From the NCBI GenBank assembly GCA_963820525.1, contig CAWGAA010000003.1, positions 160,001-224,000 of the forward strand: a stretch of 64,000 nucleotides of DNA, read 5' to 3'. Origin of the DNA: an uncultured Spirochaetota bacterium. GTDB taxonomy: Bacteria > Spirochaetota > Spirochaetia > SZUA-6 > Fen-1364. The position numbers and the translations under genes were made by a program. The notes under the pieces were generated by a model, which ran no database searches, had not been told where the DNA came from, and was given only the letters and a program-made list of their open reading frames with translations. Positions 9,492-20,184 of this stretch are shown piece by piece; the first letter of the stretch is position 1; the number at the start of each line of letters is the position of its first letter.

Positions 9492-10067
9492 ATGAGAGTT
9501 GCGATCCTTTTCCTTGTCTTCTTCTGCGCCCTGATTCCCGCATGCTTTGCGGCCCCGACGTTCACTTTCACCGCGGACGCGGCCACTGATTTCTCTTCCC
9601 TTCCCTCGGCCGAGCAGGCCTTCAGCGGCATCGCCGACAACTTCCAGCCCCTCTGGGGATTCGGCTGGGAGATCGTGATGCGCCGCATCGGCTTCGGCGG
9701 AACGTATATGGTGGATTTCTTCCGCGACGACACCTCGCGCTGGGCCATGGACTGGTACGGGGAAGGGCTCTTCGTGAGCTACCACATCTTCGGCGGCGGG
9801 GCCTTCCTGGATCCCTTCATCCAGGCCGGAGCGGGATGCGCCGGGAGAGTGCTCCTCCACTCCACCGGCGCTCTCCAGCGGAGCCCCGACATATCGATCT
9901 TTCCGTTCCTCGCAGCCGGTCTCTCCCTGAACCTCGAGGGATTCCTCCTCGGGGCGAAGCTCAGCTACGTTCCCTTCCAGTCCGAGATACCCGTCACGGA
10001 TATCCCCGGCTATCCCGTGGAAAACTTCAAGATCACGATCTTCTCCGGCATCTCCCTGGGCCGCTGA
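9492..10067 (+). CDS. Secreted small beta-barrel-like protein
   Basis: ATG 9492 after GGAGG; signal peptide MRVAILFLVFFCALIPACFA; aromatic beta strands (LDPFIQAGAG). Confidence 0.65.
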   Translation: MRVAILFLVFFCALIPACFAAPTFTFTADAATDFSSLPSAEQAFSGIADNFQPLWGFGWEIVMRRIGFGGTYMVDFFRDDTSRWAMDWYGEGLFVSYHIFGGGAFLDPFIQAGAGCAGRVLLHSTGALQRSPDISIFPFLAAGLSLNLEGFLLGAKLSYVPFQSEIPVTDIPGYPVENFKITIFSGISLGR

Positions 10068-10116
10068 GGCCTCCCGCCCTTTCCCGCGCTTCGGCATCCA
10101 TGCTACCATTGGGTGG

Positions 10117-11367
10117 ATGCCGAGGCATTTTGTCGGGTTCGGTTTCGGGCCCATCCAGATCGGACTCATGCTCACCGAGGCCGCGGAATCGGGAAACTTC
10201 GAAAGCTTCACGATCTCGGAGATCGACAGTGGCCTGGTGAGCGCGATCCGCGGAAACGGCGGCTCGCTCGCTGTCAACATTGCCGCACAGAGCGGGATCC
10301 GCAAGCGGGTCCTCTCCGGGGTCTCGATATTCAATCCCAACGTCGCGGAGGACAGGGCCGAAATCGGCCGCGCAATCCGCGAAGCCGACGAGCTTGCCAC
10401 CGCGGTGCCCAGCGTGAGCGCGTATGCCGCCGGCGGGCCGGCATCAATCGCCGCGCTCCTGGCGGCGAACATTACCCCTGACAAGCCGCGGATCCTCTAC
10501 GCCGCGGAGAACAACAACTTCGCCGCGGAGATCCTGCGCGCCGAGATAGTGAAAGTCGCTTCACCGGGCGCGCTTTCGCGCCTTCAGATCCTCGACACGG
10601 TGATCGGCAAGATGAGCGGCGTGATTTCCTCCCGCCAGGAGATGCGTTCCCTGGGGCTGGAGCCTTTAGCGCCCGGGCTGGACAGGTGCGTCCTGGTGGA
10701 AGAGTTCAACAGGATCCTCATCTCCCGCGTCACGCTGCCCGGCTTCCAGAGGGGCATCCGCGTGTTCGAGGAGAAAGACGACCTTCTGCCGTTCGAAGAG
10801 GCCAAGCTCTTCGGCCACAATGCCATCCACGCCCTCCTGGGATACCTTGCATGGACCCGGGGATACACCGTCATGAGCGAGATCCGCGGGGACGCCGGGC
10901 TTCTGGCGCTGGCAAGAAAGGCATTCCTGGAGGAATCGGGCGGCGCCCTCATCAGAAAGCACGACAAATCGGGGGATCCCCTCTTCACGCCGAAGGGCTA
11001 CAGGGAGTATGCCGAAGACCTCCTCGCGCGCATGACGAACCCCTACCTCCATGACAGGGTGGAGCGCATCATCCGCGACCCCGAGCGGAAGCTGGGCTAC
11101 TCGGACCGGCTCATCGGAACGATGCGAGAGACCTTGAAACAGGGCGTTGAGCCCAGGATCATGGCCGCGGGGGCTGCGGCGGCGGTACTGTTCGCGATGA
11201 ACGCGCGCGATGAATCCCGCAGGGCGAAACCGCACCCGGCGAAGCCCCCAGAATCAGCCGTCGAGGACTTCCTCCTTGACCTTTGGCGGAAGGAGCCCTC
11301 CGACGAGCATCGCCGGAGGTGCATCTCCATGGTGCAGCAGGCAATGCGGGACCTCGCGCTTCCCTGA
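10117..11367 (+). CDS. Mannitol-1-phosphate dehydrogenase-like long-chain polyol dehydrogenase
   Basis: FVGFGFGPI Rossmann motif, AAENN, AKLFGHNAIHA, RMTNPYLHDRVERIIRDPERKLGYSDRL. Confidence 0.8.
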   Translation: MPRHFVGFGFGPIQIGLMLTEAAESGNFESFTISEIDSGLVSAIRGNGGSLAVNIAAQSGIRKRVLSGVSIFNPNVAEDRAEIGRAIREADELATAVPSVSAYAAGGPASIAALLAANITPDKPRILYAAENNNFAAEILRAEIVKVASPGALSRLQILDTVIGKMSGVISSRQEMRSLGLEPLAPGLDRCVLVEEFNRILISRVTLPGFQRGIRVFEEKDDLLPFEEAKLFGHNAIHALLGYLAWTRGYTVMSEIRGDAGLLALARKAFLEESGGALIRKHDKSGDPLFTPKGYREYAEDLLARMTNPYLHDRVERIIRDPERKLGYSDRLIGTMRETLKQGVEPRIMAAGAAAAVLFAMNARDESRRAKPHPAKPPESAVEDFLLDLWRKEPSDEHRRRCISMVQQAMRDLALP

Positions 11368-11406
11368 GGGGACGCGCCGGGCCCCGGATCCGGGCATCGG
11401 TGCGCC

Positions 11407-11435
11407 TTGACGGGCCGCAGAGCTTTCTCTACCAT
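11407..11435 (+). promoter_or_regulatory. sigma70-like promoter of pyk
   Basis: TTGACG-17 nt-TACCAT. Confidence 0.6.
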
Positions 11436-11484
11436 CCCCTGTGGCCGGGCGCCGAGAGACCGCCCCTGGCCCGGGAGAAAACCC

Positions 11485-13257
11485 ATGGCGATCCGCAAAA
11501 CCAAGATTGTCTGCACCCTCGGCCCCGCCACGGAGAGCGTCCGCGTGCTGAAACAGCTCCTCCATGCGGGGATGAACGTCGCGCGTTTCAACATGGCCCA
11601 CGGCGACCACGACTACCACGCCGCGATGATGGCGCGCCTGCGCGAAGCGAGCAAGGCCACCGGCATCCCCGTGGCCCTCCTCATCGACATCAAGGGGCCC
11701 GAGATCCGCACGGGCGTCGTGGAGGCGGACGCGACGATCCAGCTTTCCACGGGAGACGCCGTCACCGTGACGGTGGACGACGAGCCCTGCACCGCCGGCC
11801 GCATCAGCATCACCTACAAGGATCTGCCGGACCAGATCTCGGCGGGCAAGCACATCCTGATCGCGGACGGGCTGATCGACCTCGAGGTGATCGGCGTGGA
11901 AGGCCGCGTGACGCGCTGCGTCGTGCGCTCGGGAGGGACCCTCGGCTCGCGCAAGAACGTGAACATCATCGGGATCAAGAGCAGGCTGCCCGCCGTCACG
12001 GAGAAGGACGTGGCGAACGTCGCCTTCGGCGTGAGCCAGGACATGGATTTCGTCGCCGCCTCCTTCGTTCGAAAGCCCGAGGATGTCCTGGAGATCCGCC
12101 AGCTCCTCCTGGCGAAGGGATCCCGGATGCAGATCGTCTCCAAGATCGAGGACGGGGAAGGCCTGGCCAACATCGACGACATCATTCGGGTGTCGGACGG
12201 CATCATGATCGCGCGGGGAGACCTCGGAGTTCAGCTCCCCACGGAGGAGATTCCCCTGGCGCAGAAGAGGATCATCCTGAAGTGCCACGAACAGAACAAG
12301 ACCGTGATCACGGCCACGCAGATGCTCGACTCGATGATCGTCAACCCCAAGCCCACCCGGGCGGAAGCCACCGACGTGGCCAACGCCATCTTCGACGGCT
12401 CGGACGCCGTGATGCTCTCCGGAGAGACGGCGAGCGGAAAGTTCCCCGTGCTGGCCGTCCAGACAATGGACCGCATCGCCCGGGCTTCCGAAGACTCTCC
12501 GGAGTACGAGTCGCGGGTTCGGCGATTCTTCCGTCTGGAGGAGAAGGAGGAAGACACGGCCCAGGCCGTTGCCCGGGCGGCCTACATGGTGGCGCGCGAG
12601 ATCGGGGCCGCGGCCATCCTGGCGCCCACGATCCACGGCACCACCCCGAAGCTGATCAGCAAGTACCGCCCCGCGGCCATCGTCCTCGCGGTCACGCCCT
12701 CCGAGGCCGTTCAGCGCAAGCTCCTCCTCTACTGGGGAGTGGTCCCCCTCATCGCAGATATCGGGGAGAACACGGACGAGATGCTGAACAATGCGCTCCA
12801 GGCGGCGCTCGACAAGGGGCTTGTGAAGAACGCGCAGAGGGTCGTGATCCTCGCCGGAGTGCCCGTCCGCTCGCCGGCGATGCTCAACATGATCCGCGTC
12901 CACTTCATCGGAAACGTGCTGAACAAGGGCAAGCGCGGCTTCGGGGGATATCGAGCCGGCAGGGTGGTGAAGGTGATCGACGCGCTGGACGCCGAGCTCC
13001 GCCTCAAGCACGACGGGACCGAGATCCTCCTGGTCAAGTTCCTCACCCCCGATTTCCTGCCGCTCCTGAAGGGCGTGGCGGGAATAATCATCGAGCAGTC
13101 CTCCTACTTAAGCGAAGAGCAGATCAAGTCGGTGGAGCCCGCGGTCGTCGCCATCGCGGAGGTTCCCGAGGCGGTGCAGAGCCTCGAGGACGGCATCACC
13201 GTCACCCTCCACGGCGACGAGTTTGTCATCTACGAGGGAGTGCTCACCAGCAGCTAG
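11485..13257 (+). CDS. pyk: Pyruvate kinase with C-terminal PEP-utilising-like extra domain
   Basis: RKTKIVCTLGPA, DIKGPEIRTG, IMIARGDLGV, TATQMLDSM, PTRAEATDVANAIFDGSDAVMLSGETA. Confidence 0.96.
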   Translation: MAIRKTKIVCTLGPATESVRVLKQLLHAGMNVARFNMAHGDHDYHAAMMARLREASKATGIPVALLIDIKGPEIRTGVVEADATIQLSTGDAVTVTVDDEPCTAGRISITYKDLPDQISAGKHILIADGLIDLEVIGVEGRVTRCVVRSGGTLGSRKNVNIIGIKSRLPAVTEKDVANVAFGVSQDMDFVAASFVRKPEDVLEIRQLLLAKGSRMQIVSKIEDGEGLANIDDIIRVSDGIMIARGDLGVQLPTEEIPLAQKRIILKCHEQNKTVITATQMLDSMIVNPKPTRAEATDVANAIFDGSDAVMLSGETASGKFPVLAVQTMDRIARASEDSPEYESRVRRFFRLEEKEEDTAQAVARAAYMVAREIGAAAILAPTIHGTTPKLISKYRPAAIVLAVTPSEAVQRKLLLYWGVVPLIADIGENTDEMLNNALQAALDKGLVKNAQRVVILAGVPVRSPAMLNMIRVHFIGNVLNKGKRGFGGYRAGRVVKVIDALDAELRLKHDGTEILLVKFLTPDFLPLLKGVAGIIIEQSSYLSEEQIKSVEPAVVAIAEVPEAVQSLEDGITVTLHGDEFVIYEGVLTSS

Positions 13258-13260
13258 CTC

Positions 13261-14490
13261 TCAAGAGCGCACCCATCGGGCGATCTCCGCCAGCCTGAAC
13301 CTCTTTCCCGTCATGAGTATCCCCACGCGAAAGATCTTCGCCGACAGGAAAGCCACCAGCGCGATCGTCGCGGCAAGGAGCGCGATGCAAAGAGCGATCT
13401 GCCAGGACGGGACCGCTCCCATCACGATTCGCAGGAACATCACCACGGGGGCGGTGAGGGGAAAGAGGGAAAGGGCCACGGCGAGGGGAGCGGCGGGGTT
13501 CATGATGATGGGCGTGATCATCACCACCGGAACCAGGAGGAAGATGACGACCGGCCAGCCGAGCTGGCTCAGGTGCTGCTCGTCCTGGGCGGCGGAGCCG
13601 AGGGCCGCGTAGAGGCTGGAAAAAAGAAGGAAGCCGAGCAGAAAAAAGAGCACGAGGTACAGGAGCGTGGCCGGCGTGATGGCCAGGTTGAGGGCCACTC
13701 CCAGCCGCCCGCCGAAAGCCGCGAGAAAGCCCGCGGTCATGAGAACCCAGACCGCGTACTGCAGCATGGCCGCAAGAGCCTTGCCGAGTATTTTCCCGTA
13801 GAGGATATCCAGAGGCTTCACCGAGGAGAGCAGGATCTCAACGGTCCTGGACGTCCTCTCCATGAGGACGGCGCGCCCCGTTGCCTGGCCGTAGAGCTGG
13901 ATCGAGAAATAGAGCAGGAGCACGAGGGAGACGGCGGTGAAAAGCAGCATGAGAAAATCGCGGCCATCCGCGCTGCCCGCACCGCCGAGCTGCCTGGTCT
14001 CTATCGTGGGAGGCTCGAGGAGAGAGGCGATTTTCTCCGCGGGAAAACCCGCGTCCTCCAGGCGCAATGCCACCACGGACTTTCCAACCGCGGACTCCAG
14101 CGCGCTTATGATGCGGAAGTCGACGGCGCCGCGCGAAACGTACTCGAGCCGGGTGGCGGTCTCCAGGTGGTCGGGAAGCACGATGTAGCCGTCCAGAGCG
14201 CCCTCCTTGACCAGCCCCTCCATGGCCTGCGGGGAGGCCTGAACGTCGACCACGCGGATCCCCGCGCGAAGGAGCGCGGGCTCCACGCCGTCGAGGAAGC
14301 GCTGATCCGCGTTGGCGAAAGCGATCGAAAGCCTGGCGCTCCCCTGCCCTCCACGCGCCGCAAGCAGGCCGGGAAGGACGCTCAAGGCCACGATGAGGAG
14401 GGGCCCCAGGATGGTGAGCAGGACGAATGCCCTGTTGGCCGCCGTGAGCTTGAACTCCATGCGGGTTATCCTGGCCAGCTTGCTAGCCAT
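13261..14490 (-). CDS. ABC-2 type exporter permease (NatB/YhaP-like)
   Basis: ERTSRTVEILLSSVKP..ILYGKILG, SLFPLTAPVVMFLR, multiple TM helices. Confidence 0.85.
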   Translation of the reverse strand: MASKLARITRMEFKLTAANRAFVLLTILGPLLIVALSVLPGLLAARGGQGSARLSIAFANADQRFLDGVEPALLRAGIRVVDVQASPQAMEGLVKEGALDGYIVLPDHLETATRLEYVSRGAVDFRIISALESAVGKSVVALRLEDAGFPAEKIASLLEPPTIETRQLGGAGSADGRDFLMLLFTAVSLVLLLYFSIQLYGQATGRAVLMERTSRTVEILLSSVKPLDILYGKILGKALAAMLQYAVWVLMTAGFLAAFGGRLGVALNLAITPATLLYLVLFFLLGFLLFSSLYAALGSAAQDEQHLSQLGWPVVIFLLVPVVMITPIIMNPAAPLAVALSLFPLTAPVVMFLRIVMGAVPSWQIALCIALLAATIALVAFLSAKIFRVGILMTGKRFRLAEIARWVRS

Positions 14491-15388
14491 CCCGCGTCCC
14501 CCTTCGCCCCAGCTTCTCCACGAAGATCCTGTGGAGGGAGGGGCCGACGATCTCGAATCGGCGCACCGCCGCCTGGGCGGCGATGCCCATGAGCAGCTCC
14601 TGGGGGTTCGCCCCAGCGGCAGGCTCGATCTCCACCCATCGGGGGTAGCGGGTGATATTCCTGATCAGGGACGAAAGCCTCGAAAAATCGACGTTTCCAT
14701 CGAACTCGACGACGACCGTGTTCCTCCCATGGCGGTCCTTCACCTCGGCCATGGTTCCCGAGATCACCTCGCGGCCCCGATCCATGACGAGGATCCGCGT
14801 GCAGAGCTTTTCAGCGACATCCATGTTGTGGGTTGAAAAGAGAATGGTCTTCCCCTTTGCCGCAAGCTCCAGAACCGCTTCACGGAGCACGTCGCTCGCC
14901 ACGGGATCGAGGCCGGTGAAGGGCTCGTCGAGGAAGAGGAACTGCGGGTCATGGGCGACGGAGGCGATGAACTGCACCTTCTGGGCCATGCCCTTGGAAA
15001 GCTCCTCGCACCTGCAGAGCTTCCAGTCCGAGATGTCGAAGCGCTCGAGCCAGCCGTCTATCCCCCGCTGCGCCCGGCGCGGGTCCGCGCTCTTCAGGCC
15101 GGCCAGGTAGAGGAGCATCTCGTTGACCCTGACCCTGCGGTACAGCCCCCGCTCCTCGGGAAGGTAGCCGATCCTGTCCTTGTCCGCCTCCGCGATGCGC
15201 CTGCCGTCGAACAGGATGGAGCCCGAGTCCGGCGCCAGGATGTTCATGATCATCTTGATCGTGGTGGATTTGCCCGCGCCATTCGGTCCCAGGAGGCCGA
15301 ATATCTCGCTCTCCGTCGTGGAGAACGATATGCCGTCCACGGCGCGCACCTCGCCGAAGCGTTTCCGTACTTCTTTCAGCTCGACCAT
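14483..15388 (-). CDS. ABC exporter ATP-binding protein
   Basis: GPNGAGKST, IGYLPEERGLY, LSKGMAQK, LDEPFTGLDP. Confidence 0.92.
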   Translation of the reverse strand: MVELKEVRKRFGEVRAVDGISFSTTESEIFGLLGPNGAGKSTTIKMIMNILAPDSGSILFDGRRIAEADKDRIGYLPEERGLYRRVRVNEMLLYLAGLKSADPRRAQRGIDGWLERFDISDWKLCRCEELSKGMAQKVQFIASVAHDPQFLFLDEPFTGLDPVASDVLREAVLELAAKGKTILFSTHNMDVAEKLCTRILVMDRGREVISGTMAEVKDRHGRNTVVVEFDGNVDFSRLSSLIRNITRYPRWVEIEPAAGANPQELLMGIAAQAAVRRFEIVGPSLHRIFVEKLGRRGTRDG

Positions 15389-15400
15389 GGGATGCCGAGC

Positions 15401-16513
15401 TTACTCGCCCATGGAGCGGGCAAGCTCCTCGACGAGCTTCCTCTGATCCGCGCTCAGGCGGCCGGGAATTGCGACTTTCATAGTGACCAGTTCATCTCCT
15501 GCGCCGCCGCCGCGCAGCTCCGGCATCCCCTTTCCCCGGAGACGGAAAACGGAGCCGCTCTGCGTCCCCGGCGGGATTTTCATCACCACTCCGCCGTTGA
15601 GCGTCGGCACCCGGATCTCCGTGCCGAGGATTGCCTTGGGGAGGCTGATGGAGACCTCGGTATGCAGATCGCTTCCCTGGCGCTGGAAGGAAGGGTGAGG
15701 CTGGACTTCGACCACGACAAAAAGATCTCCCTTCCCTTTCGCGCCGGGCTCACCCTCCCCCCGCATCCGCAGGCGCGAGCCCGAGTCGACGCCCGGCGGT
15801 ATCGTGACGGTGAGGGTGCGGGTCACCCTGATTCTGCCTTCCCCGTGACACTCCGCGCACGGGGTCTGGACCACGGTCCCGGTCCCGCCGCAGCGGGGAC
15901 AGGTCTGGGCCATCTGGAAGATCCCGCTCGTCACCACCTTTTTCCCCGAGCCTTTGCACTCGGGGCATTTGGTCCTGCTGGTGCCCGGCTTGGCTCCGCT
16001 TCCCTTGCAGACGGGGCAGGTCTCGAATCTCGGCACCGAGATGGTCTTCTCGGTCCCCCGGAATGCCTCATCCAGGGTGACCGCGACTGCGATCTCCAGG
16101 TTCCTCCCCCGGGCGGCCGCGGCGCTCTCGCCCTGCCGTCCGCGCCTGCCGAACAGGTCGAAACCCAGATCTCCGAAGAGGTTCTCGAAGAAGCCGCCGC
16201 CCAGCCCGAAGTCCCCCATGCCCTCGAACACGCTGGAGAAATCCGTGCCCCGGTAGATGTCCTCGTAGGCGTACTTCTGATCGATCCCGGAGTGACCGTA
16301 CTGGTCGTAAAGGGCGCGCTTCTGGGGATCCGAGAGCACTGCGTACGCCTCGGAAATCTCCTTGAATCTCTCCTCCGCCTCTTTCTTCTTTTCCTGCGGA
16401 ACGCGGTCGGGGTGGTGGCGCAGCGCCAGCTCCCGGTAGGCTTTCTTGATGTCCTCGCTGGTGGCGTTCTTCTTGACGCCGAGAATCTCGTAATAGTCTC
16501 TTTTTGACGACAT
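15401..16513 (-). CDS. dnaJ: Chaperone DnaJ
   Basis: Starts [16 protein letters not shown] motif; G/F region; four CxxCxGxG repeats. Confidence 0.95.
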   Translation of the reverse strand: MSSKRDYYEILGVKKNATSEDIKKAYRELALRHHPDRVPQEKKKEAEERFKEISEAYAVLSDPQKRALYDQYGHSGIDQKYAYEDIYRGTDFSSVFEGMGDFGLGGGFFENLFGDLGFDLFGRRGRQGESAAAARGRNLEIAVAVTLDEAFRGTEKTISVPRFETCPVCKGSGAKPGTSRTKCPECKGSGKKVVTSGIFQMAQTCPRCGGTGTVVQTPCAECHGEGRIRVTRTLTVTIPPGVDSGSRLRMRGEGEPGAKGKGDLFVVVEVQPHPSFQRQGSDLHTEVSISLPKAILGTEIRVPTLNGGVVMKIPPGTQSGSVFRLRGKGMPELRGGGAGDELVTMKVAIPGRLSADQRKLVEELARSMGE

Positions 16514-16561
16514 AGGGTTCGAGGCCGCCGCCGGGGGCGGGCGGCCTCTCAACGCCCCCTC

Positions 16562-18484
16562 TTATTTTTTCTCCTCGCGGAACTCGGCGTCTATGACGTC
16601 GTCCTTGTCCTTCTTGGCCTGTTCCTGGGCTCCCTGCGCGCCCTGCTCTCCGCCGGGCTCGCCGCCGGCTGCCCCTCCGGGCTGCTGTCGGCCGGCGCCG
16701 CTCTGCTTGTAGACCTCCTCGGCCAGCTTGTGGGAGGCCTGGGTGAGCTCGTCCATTCCCCTCTTGATGCGGTCCGTATTCTTGTCCTTGATCGCCTGCT
16801 TCAGATCGTTGAGCTTCACCTCGATCTGCGCCCTCTCCGCCTGGCTCACCTTGTCGCCGTAGTCCTTGAGGGATTTCTCCACGGAGTACGCAAGGGTGTC
16901 GGCCTGGTTGACCAGCTCCACCTCTTCCTTCTTCTTGGAGTCCTCGGACGCGAACTGCTCCGCCTGGCGGACCATCTTCTCGATCTCTTCCTTGGAGAGC
17001 TTCTTGGGCGCCGTTATCTTGATGGACTGCTGTTTGCCCGTACCCAGGTCCTTGGCGGAAACGCTCACGATGCCGTTGGCGTCGATGTCGAAGGCCACCT
17101 CCACCTGCGGTACACCGCGGGGCGCCGGGGGAATACCCACCAGGTTGAACCGGCCAAGCTCGACGTTGTCGTTGGCCATCGGCCGCTCACCCTGAAGAAC
17201 CCGGATGGTCACCTCGGTCTGGTTGTCCGCGGCCGTGGAGAAGATCTCGCTCTTCCTCGTGGGGATCGTGGTGTTGCGATCGATGAGCTTGGTGAGCACG
17301 CCGCCGAGGGTCTCGATTCCCAGGGACAGCGGGGTCACGTCGAGGAGCAGGATGTCCTTGACCTCTCCCTTTATGATGGAGGCCTGGATGGCGGCGCCCA
17401 TGGCAACACACTCCATGGGGTCGACGCCGCGCTCGATCTTCTTGCCGAAGAAATCCTCGACGAACTTCGCCACGATGGGCATCCGCGTTGGGCCGCCCAC
17501 CATGATGATCTTGTCGATATCGGCTCCGCTTTCGTTGAACTGGACCCCGTCCTTGGAGAAGGCCGCCCGGGAGTCCTTGAGCGCCATCTCCAGGGGGCCG
17601 CGGCAGCGCTGGACGATGGGGGCGATCAGCTCTTCCAGCTTTGCCCTATTCACGCTCATGGTGAGGTGCTTGGGGCCGCTCGCGTCCGCCGTGATGAAGG
17701 GCAGGTTGATGTCCGTGGTGAGGGTGCTGGAAAGTTCCACCTTGGCCTTCTCCGCCGCCTCTCGCACCCGCTGCATGGCCATCGTGTCCTTCTTGAGGTC
17801 GATGCCGGTCTGGCGCTGGAACTCCCTGACGATGTAATCCACGAAGGCATTGTCCATGTCGGTGCCGCCGAGCTGGGTATCACCGCTTGTGGCGACCACC
17901 TTGAACCCGCCCTCCTTCCACATCTCCATGATCGTGACGTCGAGGGTTCCGCCCCCGAGGTCGAACACGAGGATCTTCAGCTCCCGCCCGGCCTTCTCCA
18001 GGCCGTAGGCGAGACAGGCGGCGGTCGGCTCGTTGATGATGCGAAGAACTTTCAAGCCGGCGATCTCCCCGGCGTCCTTGGTGGCCGTACGCTGGTTGTC
18101 GTCGAAGTAGGCGGGACAGGTGATGACGACTTCCTCCACGGTATCTCCAAGGTACGCCTCGGCGTCCTGCTTGATCTTCTGCAGAATGTATGCCGAGATC
18201 TGCTGAGGGGTGTACTCCTTGCCGAACACATGGAACTTGTGGTCCGTGCCCATCTTCCGCTTGGCAGCGTAGATCGTGCCATCCGGGTTGATTGCCGCCT
18301 GGCGCCGCGCCGGCTCGCCCACGAGCCTGTCGCCGTCCTTCGTGAAGGCGACGAACGAGGGGAACGCCTTTCCGGAAGAGACCCCGGCCCCCTCAGCCGA
18401 GGGGAGGATCACGGGCCTGCCGCCCTCCATGACGGCCGCCGCCGAGTTCGAGGTTCCCAGGTCGATTCCAATCACTCGTGCCAT
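16562..18484 (-). CDS. dnaK: Chaperone DnaK (Hsp70)
   Basis: [42 protein letters not shown]. Confidence 0.97.
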   Translation of the reverse strand: MARVIGIDLGTSNSAAAVMEGGRPVILPSAEGAGVSSGKAFPSFVAFTKDGDRLVGEPARRQAAINPDGTIYAAKRKMGTDHKFHVFGKEYTPQQISAYILQKIKQDAEAYLGDTVEEVVITCPAYFDDNQRTATKDAGEIAGLKVLRIINEPTAACLAYGLEKAGRELKILVFDLGGGTLDVTIMEMWKEGGFKVVATSGDTQLGGTDMDNAFVDYIVREFQRQTGIDLKKDTMAMQRVREAAEKAKVELSSTLTTDINLPFITADASGPKHLTMSVNRAKLEELIAPIVQRCRGPLEMALKDSRAAFSKDGVQFNESGADIDKIIMVGGPTRMPIVAKFVEDFFGKKIERGVDPMECVAMGAAIQASIIKGEVKDILLLDVTPLSLGIETLGGVLTKLIDRNTTIPTRKSEIFSTAADNQTEVTIRVLQGERPMANDNVELGRFNLVGIPPAPRGVPQVEVAFDIDANGIVSVSAKDLGTGKQQSIKITAPKKLSKEEIEKMVRQAEQFASEDSKKKEEVELVNQADTLAYSVEKSLKDYGDKVSQAERAQIEVKLNDLKQAIKDKNTDRIKRGMDELTQASHKLAEEVYKQSGAGRQQPGGAAGGEPGGEQGAQGAQEQAKKDKDDVIDAEFREEKK

Positions 18485-18686
18485 CTTTCCTCACTCCTTG
18501 TCTCCGCAGTTATGCGTTTCGTTTTCGATCTCTTGGAGAGCGCTGCATGGCCGCAGGGCGCGATCGCCGGCAGCCAGCTCGAACCTCCCGCTTTTGCCGC
18601 CCCCCGCGCCTCCTCGCGTTTCGAGGACATATGCCTGCCTTCTTCTTTCGGGCTAGAGCTTCGCGTGAGACGTTTGGCTGATCAAA

Positions 18687-18715
18687 AAGGTAAGAACAAA
18701 GGGTAGGGAAGTCAA
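18687..18715 (-). promoter_or_regulatory. sigma70-like promoter of dnaK-dnaJ
   Basis: Minus strand TTGACT-17 nt-TACCTT, about 200 nt upstream of dnaK. Confidence 0.55.
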
Positions 18716-18810
18716 GAGCACTTCCGGCTCCGGCGCTTGGCGGGCTCGGGGCGCGTGAAGAGCAGCGTGCGGCTCGACGCTTCGCGCAAAAACCGCTACC
18801 ATCCGGGACC

Positions 18811-20184
18811 ATGACGCGCATCACATTTCCCGCAGGCTTCCAATGGGGGGTGGCCACCTCGTCGTGCCAGATCGAGGGCTCCCCGCTGGAAGACGGTGCC
18901 GGCCCCTCGATCTGGCACGAGTTCGCCCACAAAAAGGGAAAGATCAGGGACGGCTCCACGGCGGACGTGGCGAGCGACCACTACCACCGCTGGGCCGAAG
19001 ACATCCAGATCATGAAAGGCCTCGGGCTCGGGGCCTATCGCTTCTCCATAGCCTGGCCGCGGATATTCCCCGCGCCCGGCAGGCTGAATCCAAAGGGCAT
19101 CGATTTCTACTCCCGGATCGTGGACGGCCTCCTTTCCGCCGGCATTACGCCCTACCCCACCCTCTTCCACTGGGACGAGCCGTCGTGGCTGGAGCGCGCT
19201 GGCGGCTTCGTCGAGCGCTCGTCCATCGACAGATTCCTCGAGTACGGCGCCGCGGTGATGGAGCGGCTGGGAGACAGGGTGAAGAACTGGATCACGCTCA
19301 ACGAACCGTCCGTGTTCTCTTTCTTCGGCTACGGAACCGGAGAGTTCGCCCCGGGACGAAAGCGGGACCTTCGCGCCTTCTATCACGTCGCCCACAACCT
19401 CCTCCTGGCCCACGCGCGCATGGTGGAGGCGTTCCCATCCCTGGTGAAGAACGGCAGGATCGGCATCGCCCACCACTTTGTGTGGGTATCCGCGAAGAAC
19501 CCTCCCGGCCCGAGAGATGGAGAGGCCGCCGCGTTCATGGATGACGCGGTCAACCGCTTCTTCATGGATCCCCTTTTCTTCGGCAGGTATCCCCAGCGCG
19601 TCGTATCCCGGCTGCGCCGCTTCCTGCCCAAATCCTTCGAGAAGGACCTCTCCGAGATTGCGGGAAAGAGGGGAGACTTCTTCGGCTTGAACTACTACAC
19701 CAGAAACGAATACCGCTACGCCCTGCTCCAGCCCTATATGCACGCCAGGGAAGTCATCGACCCGCGGCGGCCGCGCAGCGCCATGTGGGAGATCTACCCC
19801 GCGGGGATGGGCAAGTCCCTGGCGCGCCTGCGCGACGAATACGGAAATCCTCCGTGCTTCATCACCGAGAACGGGTTTCCGCTGGTGGAAAGGGCGGGCC
19901 GCGATCCATTGGACGATCGCGAAAGGATTGCCTACCTTTCCAGCCACCTTGCCGAGGTGGGAAAGGCGGTTGCCGACGGCGTGGACTGCCGCGGATATTT
20001 CCATTGGACGCTCATGGACAACTGGGAATGGGACAAGGGATTCGAGATGCGCTTCGGCCTGGTGCGGACCGATTTCGCCAACCAGAAACGCACGTGGAAG
20101 GCGAGCGCCTCCTGGTACCGCGAGCTTGCGCACGCCAATGCCCTGGAGGTTGAAAGCCTCCCTGCTTCCGGTGACGACTCATGA
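18811..20184 (+). CDS. GH1 beta-glucosidase
   Basis: FPAGFQWGVATSSCQIEG, YRFSIAWPRI, TLNEP (acid/base), ITENG (nucleophile), WTLMDNWEW. Confidence 0.93.
   Translation: MTRITFPAGFQWGVATSSCQIEGSPLEDGAGPSIWHEFAHKKGKIRDGSTADVASDHYHRWAEDIQIMKGLGLGAYRFSIAWPRIFPAPGRLNPKGIDFYSRIVDGLLSAGITPYPTLFHWDEPSWLERAGGFVERSSIDRFLEYGAAVMERLGDRVKNWITLNEPSVFSFFGYGTGEFAPGRKRDLRAFYHVAHNLLLAHARMVEAFPSLVKNGRIGIAHHFVWVSAKNPPGPRDGEAAAFMDDAVNRFFMDPLFFGRYPQRVVSRLRRFLPKSFEKDLSEIAGKRGDFFGLNYYTRNEYRYALLQPYMHAREVIDPRRPRSAMWEIYPAGMGKSLARLRDEYGNPPCFITENGFPLVERAGRDPLDDRERIAYLSSHLAEVGKAVADGVDCRGYFHWTLMDNWEWDKGFEMRFGLVRTDFANQKRTWKASASWYRELAHANALEVESLPASGDDS

Noticed and set aside
18485..18810. CIRCE element upstream of dnaK
   Set aside because: No TTAGCACTC-N9-GAGTGCTAA match seen.
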